Source: Camelus ferus (Eukaryota). From it: 64,000 bases of DNA. Each line of letters begins with the position of its first letter. Positions within the stretch are counted from its first letter, which is position 1. The notes beneath the pieces were generated by a model. It was not told the origin of the DNA, did not search any database, and was given only the letters and a program-made list of their open reading frames with translations. A program made the position numbers and the translations under genes. Where the stretch lies: positions 116,562,001-116,626,000 of the forward strand of contig NC_045697.1 of the NCBI RefSeq assembly GCF_009834535.1. The letters are read 5' to 3'. Shown piece by piece: positions 25,333-38,659 of the stretch.

Positions 25333-25743
25333 CAAGAAAAATTGCCACGGAATAAACCTGGGCTCCAATACTTTCTGTATCTTCTGAATGAAGAGGGAAA
25401 CATACTCCGTTGGTGCCGTAGTAGTTTTTGAAAAATTCCTTATTGCTCAGTGGGACGAAAGCCACGATGAAGCCAACAATCCAGATGAGAATCAGAACGG
25501 TGATGGTTCTGCACTTTCCGGGTCTCAGACATCGAAAAGGGTACACAATGCAGATGTACTTCTCCAGCGTCAGGAACGTCAGGAGCAGCACCGACACTTC
25601 CGTGGACAGGATGGCCACGGAGCCCAGCAGCTGGCAGTGCGGGCTCTCCGTCCACAGCTGCGCGTGCTTGTTGTACTCGCCTCGGAACTTCAGGTCAAAG
25701 GCTCCGATCGAGAATAGGTAGATGCCCATCAGGCAGTCGGCAC
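25333..25743 (-). CDS. RXFP1: RXFP1 exon 16 (TM2-TM4, ECL2)
   Basis: ADCLMGIYLF...LTLEKYICIVYPF...GTNGVCFPLH...VAIFL; 411 nt; TAG acceptor, GTAAG donor. Confidence 0.97.
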
Positions 25744-27405
25744 CTAGAGCGATCAGGACATTTCACAAATTTAGAGAGAAAAACAGGTAAAATGAAGTTA
25801 TCAGTCAGTAGTCATATTTTTAAGATTAGCTAAAAAATAGCCAAGTTTCTTCTGTCATGGTGGGGAGGTAGTTTTTATTCTAAGAATTAGTTTGTCGGTA
25901 AGGACCACTTCACCAACTCTCTTTGGTCCCCACCAGTAGAGACCCTCTGCAGCTGATTGTGTAATCAGTTCTCTGCTTTTGACTAATGGACAGGTCTGTG
26001 AGAGCAGGGATCTTGTCTGTTTTGTTTTCCATTCTAGCCCCATCACCTGGAAGTGTTGAATAAATGAGTAAAATGCAATTATGTTGAGCATCCGATTAGG
26101 GACAAGATGGGGAGGTTATAATTGGGTCCGTCTCTTCCCCTGAGATTCTCCTCAGGGGAGAACCAGCTAAAGGCATCATTCGAAAGCCCAGAGAAGGTAA
26201 TCCAGAAGTTGCTATGATAGCGTAATGACTATAAATTTTGAAGTCCATAATTTAGAAGACACGACTAATGATGAAGTTCTTTGCAGTCAGTGTAGTTTTG
26301 CGGGGCTTAAATGATTTACCAGAGGTTCTCTCTGATTCTCTCTTCCCATTTTAACATCTTCCTCTGTCTCTTTAGACTTCTCCAGCCCCCAGATCAGCTG
26401 TTAATGTGATACACTTCTTGGAGTATTCGCTTTTTAAGCAAATACTACATATCAGAAAGCAGGTGATTTTTGTTTGTTTGTTTGTTTACATACAAGCATT
26501 CTACACAAAGATCCTAAAAATCACATCATGGTATAAATCATTAGGCTGGCCCTAATCTTTAAACACAGAGGCTATATTCTAGCTTTTATCAGGGAATTTG
26601 AGCATATTCAAAATGCTGTGGCTAACAATACAGAGTAGTAAACAATTTCTGAGTTCTGCTTCTTGGCTAGCTTGCAATGAAAAAACAGTTAGACATTAGA
26701 CTTTGAATAGGGTGTGGATAAGATGTGGAAGGGCACGCAGAAGAGTAGAACATGGTGTGGATTGATGCTTGTTTGAAGGAGGATGGCTAAATCACAGGCC
26801 ACTTGACCCAGACTGTACACCCCCTGAGAACTGGTTTATAACTTTAATCTATTTTTTTGTATTCCTCATTTAACAAAATACCTTGCAACCACATTTTCAA
26901 AACTTAAAAAATTTAACACTATCTTAAAAACACTTGCTTATTTAAATGTTTCAAATTATGAGTGGGAAAGATGTTAGCAGGTTAAAAGCAACTTTGGAGT
27001 CAGTGTCTATGAACTGGATGTGCAAACAAGAAGATAATAGCAGGTCTGGATGTGACAATGTGGCTATGGAAGTTTCTCTTTTATTCATTGCAAAAGATTT
27101 TATATGCTTTAATAAAATACCTTCAGAGAAGACAGCAAATGAACCAAAGCTTCTTTATGAGACAGAATTCATGAGTGGGAGCTTCAGTCATCTGTGTGAA
27201 GTGACTGAGTTTTCTTAGTTAAAAAACTTTCTTACTGCTAAAGTAATTTTATTTTCATTGTAGTGAATGTGAAAATGATATACAAGCCAAGAGGAGAAAC
27301 TGTAAAGATCTCATAATTCTGCTACTCTGTTTCCTTATTTTCTAGTAGCAATGCTTTTTATATATTTTGAAAAGGTAAATTCCTCATTAGCCAGGAGGTA
27401 CTCAC

Positions 27406-27635
27406 AGCAGAGAGAAATGATGGACATGGCGTGCAGTCTGTTCTCAGATCTGATGTAAGGTCGCGTACAAATAACAAAGATGTTTCCAAAGCATGTGACT
27501 GCAGACACAACCCAGACAAACACTCTCTGAATGATGCTCGCCAGGAGATTCTCTAAAGATGAGATGCCATCAGTGTTCGGTTTGCAGCTGCGGACATGTG
27601 GGGTGTAGCCACAGTACTGGAATTTCTTAAAATAG
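27406..27635 (-). CDS. RXFP1: RXFP1 exon 15 (hinge, TM1)
   Basis: [31 protein letters not shown]...AMSIISLC; 230 nt; CAG acceptor, GTGAG donor. Confidence 0.97.
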
Positions 27636-27749
27636 CTGAGGTACAAAGAGAAGGGGAAAGAAGATTGTAAATTTGATTCAGCGTCACTCTACATGCATAT
27701 CAGTTGTCTACATTTTCTCAGTAGAAAGAAAATGTCTTAAGATGTGAGG

Positions 27750-28147
27750 CCAGAAAGAGAAAGAAAAATACCATATGATATCATTTATATGTGGAATCTA
27801 AAAAAAGAGAAAAAGAGGACACTAATGAACTTCATCTACAGAACAGAAACAGACTCGCAGACATAGTAAACAATCTTATGGTTACCTGGGGAAAGGGGGG
27901 GTGGGAAGGGATAAATTTAGGAGTTTGAGATTTACAAATGTTAGCCACTATATATAAAAATCGATTTTAAAAACCCACAAATTTCTTCTGTATAGCACAG
28001 GGAACTATATTCAATATTGTGTAATAACCTTTAATGAAAAAGAATATGAAAACGAATATATGTATGTATATGCGTGACTGGGACATTGTGCTGTACACCA
28101 GAAATTGACACATTGTAACTGACTGTACTTCAATTAAAAAAAAAAAA
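27750..28147 (+). mobile_element. Young 5'-truncated L1 3' end with perfect TSD
   Basis: Poly(A) tail; AAGATGTGAGG at 27739-27749 and 28148-28158; TT/AAGA endonuclease-type site. Confidence 0.92.
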
Positions 28148-28949
28148 AAGATGTGAGGGATACTGCAGCTTGAAACTTAAGTTTAGTTCTCATTAACTTG
28201 ATTTTACTGTAAAAGAACATGTGAGAGCAGCAAACAAGCAAAATGAATATACAAATGTTAGGTAAGACTTAGAATATGAATGAACTATGAACATGTGATC
28301 CAGGCAGCCCACCCAAGGAGACAGTCACTGGGCTTTTAGGGTTTGGTGTATGTGAATGCACTGTTACCGAACTCCTACGATCACTGCAGCTGACTTTGCT
28401 TTTTCACACTCAGGGGGAGAGAGTTAAGTTCTTTGTCCTCTGTACTTCCATGACTTTCCTATTACAGAAGTTAATCATGTGATGTGTAACTACTTGCTAA
28501 CATGTATATCTCTGACACTGGATTTTGGTACACAGTAAGGTGTTCAGGAAGTATTTGTTGAGTGAATTCTTTCACCAGTAGAGAGACCTCCCTTGTTAAC
28601 AGTCACCACCTGAATAATCAGTAATTACTACTGTGTTACCACCAACACCCCCACCGTTTTTTGAGCATCTTCTAAGTATCAGGGGCAACCCCTCACATCA
28701 GCTCCATGAGGTTGGTGTCAGTATCACCATACGAGGAGATGAAGCTTCAATGGAGACAAATTATCTGCCAGGAAATTTTCTAATAAGTGTAGAAATTAGG
28801 ATTCAATTTCGATCTATTTGCCCCTAAAGCCATGTACTCCGGCATAAAATAGAAATGATGTTTATCGTATAAAGAGTTGCAGTAATACAAGGTAACTTGA
28901 GGATTGCAGTATATCGTCCTGCAGTTTCACTCTTGCTGCCTGGATCCCT

Positions 28950-29095
28950 GTATCTGATGTGGCTTCTGCCCAGTTCAAGTCGCCTCCATGAGTTGTTTCT
29001 CGGGTTTTGTGAGCTATGCCATTTTCTCCCAATAAACTCTGCTTTGCTTAATTCAGTCGGAGTGTTTTATGTTGTGTGCAACCAAGGGAATTTTA
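28950..29095 (+). mobile_element. MaLR (MLT1-type) LTR 3' fragment
   Basis: caataaactctgctttgcttaa...tgtgtgcaaccaag; family assigned by eye. Confidence 0.5.
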
Positions 29096-29835
29096 TAAGC
29101 ATTCTCTCTGAGGAACTATGGAAAGCAAAAACAGTGTCCTCTGTTGGATTTAAAATACAAGCCAGATGATAGACTGGTGGTCGCTGACATGCCACTTTCT
29201 AAATTATTGAGAATTAATTACCTTGGCATGGAGGTCATTCTAATCCTGGCTATAAGATCGCATTCAATTAAAGAAAATGTTTGTAAAGCATGTAATCAAT
29301 GGTGCGATGAGACACACTGTTTGAATGAAAGATTTTTCAAAGTTTACCCTTCTGTCCATGTACCCTTGCCCCAGTCATGCCCTGATGCTCTGGGCAGTTT
29401 TCACTGAGGAGGGCTTCTCTCTTCCTTCCTCCTTGTAGAGCAGTTATTTATCTATAATTGTTTTGTGCTGTCTGTACACACTCCTCTTTCATCTGGTCTC
29501 ATTCATGCCACGTGTACAAACGACTAGCTCATCAGGCAAACATCAGTATTGGGAGTGGCCGCAGAGTGGAGGGGGGCTCACGAGGCTGAGTGGGTTCCCG
29601 CCGCACTCCTGTTCTCTGCCATCCAAACACATCTCCTTTGACGCCACGAAACTACGGAAAACTAAAGTCACTCTAGGCAACGTCAGCCATTTAAGAGTTA
29701 ATTATTGTTTAGGTGAATTAGTCCGTAGGAAATACTAGCAGATCGGATGCATTGGGTGTGGCGGTATTAGCACAATACACTTGGAGACGGAAAAGATTAA
29801 CATCGAAGTGAAGAACAAGAAAAACGTCTGCTTAC

Positions 29836-29907
29836 ATGTGAGAGAGATTCGCGAGAGGTCTGAACATCCTGTGTTGGATATTGGAAATTTCAATTCCTTC
29901 CAGGCTG
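29836..29907 (-). CDS. RXFP1: RXFP1 exon 14 (LRR)
   Basis: SLEGIEISNIQHRMFRPLANLSHI; 72 nt, phase 2-2. Confidence 0.96.
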
Positions 29908-30392
29908 CTAAAAATATCAAATTGATTATCAAAAAAACGTGTTGTGCAGGGTATAATAAAATGAGTTTTTGTGAAGGAAGATTTAATAAAGTGCTGTTAG
30001 TTAACACTTACTCCGAACCAAACATTCATACTCAATCTTCCCGAGGCACTTCCCCACCACCTTTTTCATTCTGTTATTTATGCACATACATGTCCCCTGT
30101 TTGGGATTTTTGCTTCTCATAGATCGTGGCACAGTAATACTCAGTAAGTACTTGATTTTTTTTTTCAACTGAAGCATACTCAGTTACAGCGCTCAACAAG
30201 TATTTGTGAAATAAATGAGCGAGAGTTATCTTCTAGACAATGTTACAATAGCAGAGGCATTTTACATTCTTGAAATGTTTCTAATAAGTTTTAAAAAATA
30301 ATTTTTTTCCTAACAAAATGCCATTTTACTGAGGGAACATTTAAAAGAACTGAAGCTTATCTTCATAAGGCAATTCTTAGATCCTAACAGAA

Positions 30393-30394
<2 letters not shown>

Positions 30395-30436
<42 letters not shown>
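30395..30436. repeat. (TG)21 microsatellite
   Basis: Perfect dinucleotide run. Confidence 0.97.
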
Positions 30437-30437
<1 letters not shown>

Positions 30438-30845
30438 TGTAGGTGCTGCAAGTAATGATTTCCATAATCTAGAATGTTGCCCCTTGGGATAACAATGGCT
30501 ATAATACATTCTTAGATATCCAGTGCTAATGAAGGGGTGAAACGCATGTATGCCTGTAGAAGATCAAAGCGAACCATCCAGCATAAGCTCCTGGTGATTA
30601 TAGAGAATATAAAATAATCATTATCTAATTTTTGCTTATAAATACAGAAGATTAAACTAACAGCTATTTGTTTGTTTATAGCCCAGCAAGCACTCATCTT
30701 AAGTTTTTGTGGAGCTTAAGTAATATCCTGGGAATAAAGCTTCTGATTTGAGAGGCTCTATAAATCTTATTTTACAGAATTTATCAGTTATCAATATATA
30801 AATAAAAATTCCATCATAAAACTATCCCCATAGGTTTATACTTAC

Positions 30846-30917
30846 AGAGACTTGAGTTTGACAAGATAATCAAATTGGTTTGCTTGAATTTTCTGGATTG
30901 GGTTATAGGAGAGATTC
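30846..30917 (-). CDS. RXFP1: RXFP1 exon 13 (LRR)
   Basis: NLSYNPIQKIQANQFDYLVKLKSL; 72 nt. Confidence 0.96.
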
Positions 30918-31709
30918 CTGTTTTTTAAAAAAGGCAGCAAAAGGTCATTTCTAGAAACTACTTGAGTAAAGAGGAAGGGTATCTGTTGACTTAGGGTTAC
31001 CTTTTGTTTAAAGAACATTAACCAAAAAGGACCGTACTGGCACTTGCCCCTGTAGGGCTCACTGGACATTTAAATGGAGTAATGGAGAAAGAACACTTGG
31101 ACAGTGCATGGCCCCTTTAAGTGCTCTGTGACTGTGTCAGTGAGAGAGAGAAAGAGAGCCAAGACCACGTGAGCACGAAGGTGAGACTGTCAGGAAACAG
31201 CTCCCACCAGAGAGGCGCTCGGGTACCCAAAGGGAAGACACACCTACTTCTGGTTTTCTACCCTATAATCAGATGTGGTTTCAATTAAACAATAACCTCA
31301 TTTCGTTGAAATTTATATTAATGAAATCACATTGAATACATTTTACAATAAATCATGCCAAGAGTGGCATATTGTATTAGCCATTTGTGAGACACAAAAT
31401 GAAAAGTAAAAAAGGCTGTAGCTGGGAACAAAAGAGGTGTAGATGGAGTGACAGTACAGCTGAGTTTAAATGGAGAAAGTTTCAGAATCTTTGTAAAACA
31501 ACACCTTGAAACAAGGACTATTGATTAAAGGAAACTTCTCAAGGCAGGTTCACTTTTCAAGATTAGACCATTAGTTGGGAGGGAGGAGCTGCTGGAGGGT
31601 GGTGATTACAGACAGAAGGACAGAGAGGGGGAATGACAATGAAACATGAGTTGTGTGAAAGAAATGAAGGGGACCCAACCACCTGCAAATAGAAGGAAAC
31701 TATCTTAGT

Positions 31710-33985
31710 ATAACAAAGGTTGTATGTGAAAGTCCATAGCCAACGTCACACTCAGCGGTAAAGGCAGAGAGCTTTTCCTCTAAAATCAGTAATAAGACAA
31801 GGATGCTGACTTCTGCCATTTCTATTCAACATAGTACTAGAAGTCCTAGCCAGAGCAATTAGGCAAGAAATCAAAGGCATCCAAGTTGGAAAGGGAGATG
31901 TAAAATAAGCTCTGTTCACAGATGACATGATTTTATGTGTATAAAACCCTAAAGATTTCACACACACACATACCCACAAAAACTGTTAGAACTAATAAAC
32001 TCAGTAAAATTGCCAAATATGAAACCGACACACAATAATCAAACAATAATCAATAATCAAATGCAACAACAAGCAATAATCAAATGCATTTCTATACACT
32101 AACATGAGCAATCCAAAAAGAAAATTAAGAAAACAATAACATTTACAATAGCATTGAAAGAACAAAATACTTAGAAATAAACTGAATAAAGGTGAAAGAC
32201 TGGTACTTTGTAAACAAACTTGCTGAAAGAAATTAAAGAAGTAACCAATAAATGGAAGGACATTCTGTGTTTATGGATTGGAAGATTTAGTATTGTTAAG
32301 ATACCAACACTACCTAAAGCAATCTACAGGTTCGGTGTAATTGCTGTCAAAATCCCAATTTTTTTTTGCATAAATAGAAAAATACATCCTAAAATTCCTA
32401 TGGCATCTCAAGGGAACCTGATAGCTAAAATAATCTTGAAAAAGAAGAACATAGTTAGAGATCTCACTTCCTGATTCAAAACTTACTACAAAGCTACAGT
32501 AATCAAAACAGTGTGGTACTGGCATAAAGACAGTTATAAAGAAAAATGGAACAGAATGTAGAGCCCAGGAACAAACTTTTGTATATATAATTTATAATTT
32601 GTTTATATAATTTGTACAGATAATTTTTAACAACATGCCAAGAAAGTTCAATGGAGACAGGTCGATCTTTTCAACAAATGATGCTGGGAAAACCCAACAG
32701 ACATCTACATGCAAAAAGAAAAACCAAAAACAATGTGCTTAGACTCTTAGCTTACACCATGTACAAAATTTACTCAAAATGGATCAAAGGCCTAAATATA
32801 AAAGTTAAACTGTAAAACTCTTAGAAGAAATCATAAGAGAAAAGTTTCATGACATTGAATTAGGCAGTGATTTCTTGCATATGATACCAAAAGTATAGGT
32901 AACAAAAGAAAAAAATACAAAAATTGGACTGAATCTAAATCAAAAACTTTTGTGCATCAGGAAACACTATTAACAGAGTGAAAAGGCAACCTACTTAATG
33001 GGAGAATGTATTTGTAAATTGTATACCTGAAAATGATTTAGTATATAAAATATATACACTCCTACAACTTAATAACAAAAAATCAAACAACCCAATTTAA
33101 AAGTGGGCAAAGACTTGAACAGACATTCTGCAAGGAAAATACACAAATGGCCAACAAGGACATGAAAAGATGCTCAATATCGTTAATCATTAGAGAAATG
33201 CAAATCAAAATCACAATGAAGCACCATTTCACATCAATTAGATTGGCTAGTATTAAAAAAAATAACAAGTGTTGTTGAAAACATGGAGAAACTGGAATCC
33301 TTGTGCACTGACAGTGGGAATATAAAATAGTGTAGCTACTATGGAAAAGAGTATTACGGTATTTCCTTAAAAAATTAAAAATGGAATTACCATATGATCT
33401 AGTAATTCTACTTCTGAGGCTATAAACCCAAAAGAATTGAAAACAAGTTCTTGAACAGATATTTGCATCCCCATGTTCGTAGCAGCATTACTCATAACAG
33501 CTGAAAGGTGGAAGCAACCCAAATGTCCATCGATGGATGAATGGATAAATACAATGTGATATAGACACTCAATTTACTATTATTCAGAATAATAATATTC
33601 AGAATTTTTAACACATGCTAAAACATGGATGAACCTTGAAGACATTATGCTAAGTGAAATAAGCCAGTCACAAAAGAACAAATATTGTGTGATTCCACCT
33701 ATATGAGGTGCTGAGAGATGTCAGCTTCATAGAGACAAACCAGCATGATGGGTGCTGGTGTGTGTGAGGGGGTGTTGATGGGGAGTTACTGTTTAATAGA
33801 TATGGGGTTTCATTTTTGAAAGATGAAAGTTCTAGAGATGGATGGTGGTGATGTTTGCACAACAATGTGAGTGAATTTAATGCCACTCAACTGTACAATT
33901 AAAAATGGTTAAAATGGTAAAGTAAATATACATATGCCATGTACGTTTTATCACACTTTAAAAATAAAATATATTTAAAAATAAA
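31710..33985 (+). mobile_element. Old 5'-truncated L1 (RT end to 3'UTR) in intron 12
   Basis: ataagacaaggatg, ttcacagatgacatg, [17 protein letters not shown], 3'UTR and A-rich tail ending ~30 nt from the exon 12 donor. Confidence 0.9.
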
Positions 33986-34012
33986 GGTACAAAATTAATA
34001 TATCAGCCTTAC

Positions 34013-34084
34013 AATTGTGAGAGCTCCTTCAGATCCTTAAACACATGTGGTGAAAGATTTTCAATCTTATTACTTCCTAAATCC
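34013..34084 (-). CDS. RXFP1: RXFP1 exon 12 (LRR)
   Basis: DLGSNKIENLSPHVFKDLKELSQL; 72 nt. Confidence 0.96.
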
Positions 34085-34354
34085 CTAGGGAAATAATTGC
34101 AAACATGTCATATTATTTTCTTAAGACTTTATCCATAGTTCTGTAAATTATTAGAAAATGATAATACAACTTTCAAATAATGCTATTAGTGAGTTATATT
34201 AATTAATAGAAGTCAAAGCTTTTAAAAAAGGGAGTGAAATGGTAAAAGATAAAAATATTTTATCCCACATTATTACTCAGAGACAATACTTGATGGTATC
34301 TGATCTGGTTCTAATAGATACAATTTTCTAATTCCATTAATATACATGTTGTGC

Positions 34355-34433
34355 CTTCTTCCTTTCTCTTCTTCCTCTCCTTCCTTTCTCCCTCCCTCTC
34401 TCCCCTCCCCTCTTCCTTTCTTCCTTCCTTCCC
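34355..34433. repeat. Polypyrimidine low-complexity tract
   Basis: CT-only run of about 80 nt. Confidence 0.85.
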
Positions 34434-35758
34434 TGTTAAAGTAGAAATGTGGTTTGGAGCCTTAATGTTTTCTTTTGCTTGGGTTTGTTATGATCTTCAG
34501 GTGGAAGTGGACTAATTCAGGTGCCAGCTTCTCCCACAGCTGACATACACGGGGTCTCATACCCTCCTGGGATGGGTATGTCACGTGTCACCTCCTGTAT
34601 GTATAGGGGTCAGGCTGCCTATCACGGTGTGACCTTGCAGCCTAGTTGTGACAAGATTTGATGGTAGCATCTCTTGTGGTAGCTTTGACAGTGACAACTC
34701 TCAGGAGAAACGCCTTGGATTCTTCTAAACGAGATAATCTTTCAACAGGCTGGAATTCTCCAGCGTGATCAAGAGATACTAAAAGAAAGCCTGCGCACTT
34801 GTCTTCTCCGTCTCCAAGTCCTGTTAGTTGCCACAGGGGGAGGTAGGAGATGAGACCTATTTGTTGCATAGCTTGGAGTGCTTGTAAATCAGAAACTGGA
34901 TTATTCAACTTTGAAGGGCAGCATAGTTTTAGACTAAGTTTTTTAAAACTAAAAATAACTAGCTAATATAATCAATATTATAAATGTCTTTGCTGTTAAT
35001 GTTTTGTTTTCATATTGTAAACATGTAGCTCTGTCCACACTCCATACTCTTTTCAGAAAACATAAAATCAAACTAGTTGCTAACCCAAACTTTAGCAAAA
35101 ATCAAATTGAAGAAATTAATACTAAAAAATAAAAATTGTCTGAAGGATTTGCACTCCATCCATTGTCCTGCATATACTTTATTTGGACAATCAGGTGCTG
35201 TGAACTTGGACCACAAGGCTCTGGTGTATCAGAGAGTTGTTTTAATGTCCTTTGGAATTGTGTCATTGATCTTAAAAAAGGGACTATAGATAGCTGTCTT
35301 AACTCATCTCTTTTTTCCACTATTACAGGTTGGGATGTTATCCATGGCAGGGTCTCATTTCCTCACAAGATTATCCTTTGGTTTCAGAATTAGCAAAGTG
35401 GTGTCTTTTTACCTGCTGGTCTCTGAATCATAACTCGCTAGGAAACTTAGAGATAAATCTGCTGTCCCTCTCTTGCAGTGGGTCAGAGTGGTGTAGGATG
35501 TATTTCATTTATGAATTTTCCATGACTTTATTCTTTTTCCACAGCTATGTTTCCTTTACCTTACTTTACTAAAATATTTATTTTATATTTTTCTTTTACA
35601 CATATTTTTAAGCTATCAGAATTCCTTTGTGGCTCAAGGTGTATATATATAATGCTAAGAAAAGAAAAAGTAAATATTGCTTAAATGTATAAAAAATGTA
35701 TAACAAGTATGAACTGAAATAATAGAAAATTCTTATCAATATGTGTAATCAAACTTAC

Positions 35759-35830
35759 AATTCATGTAGTTTCTGGAGAGGTGCAAGCGTGTTTTCATTT
35801 AGGTAATTAATTTTGTTCTTCGTCATTACC
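35759..35830 (-). CDS. RXFP1: RXFP1 exon 11 (LRR)
   Basis: VMTKNKINYLNENTLAPLQKLHEL; 72 nt. Confidence 0.96.
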
Positions 35831-37711
35831 CTGAAAGTAAAAAGAAAAATCTGATGTAGCTTCTGGGGGTAACAGATAAATGAGTCATTGGAGAGGAGAT
35901 TAACAGCCTGCAAAAACAAAGATAATTATATGTAGTGCATTTTCACATCAAGATCCTTTGAAGTAGTAGCATGATAAATTACCCAATCTAATTTTAATCT
36001 TCAATTTCCCAGATCTTTTAGTTATGATAAAAATAAAATATTTTTGGAATTTTTAAGTGAAGCAGGGAAGAACTCGGCAGGGGAAATAGGGAAGAACTTG
36101 GCTCTCGCAAATCCAGACTGTCGCACAGCAAAGAGCACGGGGAGCTGTCTCAGCCGCCCCTGCCCTCTGCGGGGCACACCTCTCTAACAAAACGCTCCGC
36201 CCTCTCAACAGTAGCACGCATGCTCGTTTGGCAGTTGATGTGATTCTGGGTGGAGATGCCGGAGGAAGTCTAAGCTGGACCAGCTCAGAAGACCTCTCCT
36301 TTGGGATGTCAAGTCAGACTGTACCTCCTGACAGTTCATTGCTGCACTGATCCCGTTTTATGAGCCAGCATAAAGGACTAACTCAGAAAAACTTTGAAAG
36401 GATTTCCAGTTCTTGCAACATCGTGGGACATGCCTGGAAGTTGCCCTCGTCCCATCCTGAAGTATTTATTTCCTCCCAGCACTCCAAGCCATCACCATTT
36501 TCTCCCAGTCTCCCTGGACCAGACAAGCCCAGGCACCTGCCAAGAGGAAACTCACAAATGACTGCTTCATACACAGGTTTCCTTGAAAACAAATACAAGT
36601 GCAACAGAAAAGAAGTGCTGCGGTTTCTAAGTATCTGTTTGGTCTATGCCCTTTCAGTGCAATTCGGTTTTCTTTGGGTAATTACTATGAACCGTTTTGC
36701 ATGACTAAGGGAGAGAAGCCTGCATCTGAAGACTGCTGAACTCACCGCAGAAAAGTTCAAGCATCTCAGTGGCTTTGAGCCCGTTGGAATGGGCGGGGAG
36801 GGGGCGTAATTGGAGAAACATCATTGTATCAGTGGTAGCTATTGCATTGCCTACACAGGGGTTCTGTGCATTCTAGTATGATTTTCAAACTTTTCCCACG
36901 GTAACCTACAGTTAGAAAAATGCATTTTACATTGAGACATAACATACACCCACACAACCCCAGAGTCATGAAACAACACATTTAATTATCTCAGTTGCAC
37001 TCTGAGATTTTTATTCAATGCAATTTCATTTAAATAATGTGGCTCAGGACATAGTATATTGTTTTTATCATCCACTTGTGAACTTCGACCCACAGTTTGA
37101 AAAATACTCTTCTGGAAGAATAAACTGCGAAGGAGCAGTTGTATTTTTAAATTGAAGGAAGCCCCAGCATCCTTCACTTTCAGGAAGAGGCAACGTGAAT
37201 TTAACATAAGTCAGAGAGGCATAAGGAGAAATTAGACTCGGTGACATCCTAAGGTTTATCCTGGTGTCCACAGTTACATCCTCAGGGATGTGAATACTCC
37301 GCAATTTTTCAAAATTACAATTAACTTCTCCCCAATCTTTGCAGTAATAATTCTTACAGTTTAGGACTTTAACTTAGTATTTCTCAAACTGAGATCCAAG
37401 GATAGTTTCTAGGTGGTTTATGAGAAATTCGTTCCATTAAGTTGGGAATTACTTAAGTTTGAGAAAAACAGGTCTCATGTGATACAGTGTCATTGTGATG
37501 ATTGATTCCTATATGTTGTGACTCTGTGGTTATGCCTGGTTTGAACTTCAATAATTTTGCCATTGTGCTTCAGTTTCAAAAAGCTTCAAGCTGAGTGGGA
37601 ACATTTGCTGTAATTACTTTGCATGTTTATGCTAGATTATACTCACACAAATGATTCATTTTGTTTGTAAAGAGATATAACATTACTTCCAAAGGACAAA
37701 ACATTACTTAC

Positions 37712-37783
37712 AAAACAGTTAAGTTACTGCAGGAAATAAAAGTCAAATTTCTTAAATTATGGATATGGTTGCCTTCAAAGTCC
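37712..37783 (-). CDS. RXFP1: RXFP1 exon 10 (LRR)
   Basis: DFEGNHIHNLRNLTFISCSNLTVL; 72 nt. Confidence 0.96.
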
Positions 37784-38659
37784 CTGAAATAGAAAAATCA
37801 AAAATGAGAAAGCTAAGTTTTAATCATAGACAAATAAATTGGTTAAGAATTATTTGATTTCTGCTAAAATATCATTTTTCACATACTGTTTATTTCCTAT
37901 AGATTCTCACATGGTGGCCACTTACATAACACCTGAAATTGTATAATATAATGCCTCTTTTGTTCTGTGTTAATGTAAAAAGGTTTTAAAAAATCACATT
38001 AAAAACATTTGTTATGGTAAATACCAGCTTTGTAAACAGACATCTAGTGGTGATCTGTATGAAACATCTGTCCAGAGTTAACCAATGGCGTTTCGCTAAG
38101 TGATATGAGTCTCTTTGCTACAGAGGATGCTACTGCCCAGACGATATTTAACCTCCACCTCCTTTGCCCAAACGCTCCGTAGAGAAACATTCTCAATAGC
38201 CCTGGACCACTGAGAACCCCAGTTCCAGTTGCTTTAGTACATGGCCACCCCGGCCAGGGCAGACTCTGTCCTTGGTGCTGCACTCCCACTTCAGGGCGTG
38301 CGTGCAGACCCTCCTCCAGGCCCCTTGTTGTGTGATCGCAGGTCACCAACAGGAGTCTGGTCTGAGCAGCAAAATTTGCCAGAAAGTTTATGTGTGATCG
38401 TCTCTTCTGCATGGTTATCACAAACGTGTTCCTCTATTGCCCGTCTTTTATGGTATCGTTCATTCACAGTGGAAGTTTGTAGAACAGGGTTAGCTGGGCT
38501 TAGGGATACACTTTCAGAAGTAGATGCTGGTCTTCAGTCTACTCAGTCTGCCCCCACACTGAGCCTACTGGTCACCATCCAGCAGAGAGCCATTCAGGAA
38601 CAACTGTGACTAAAGTACGGGAGCTGAAGGGTGACACGACTGCTCAAATCTGTAAGGGA

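Noticed and set aside
25388..25721. Antisense ORFs overlapping exon 16
   Set aside because: Expected by-product of the high GC3 on the coding strand.
32030..32090. Short aataatcaa repeats resembling a repeat-spacer array
   Set aside because: Local slippage inside a dead L1. I saw no CRISPR-like or prokaryotic features anywhere in this mammalian window.
34642..34908. Possible processed pseudogene or extra exon in intron 11
   Set aside because: No recognisable protein, poly(A) or TSD, and the RXFP1 frame is complete without it.
38044..38609. 125 aa and 122 aa ORFs in intron 9
   Set aside because: No recognisable domain or exon structure; consistent with chance.
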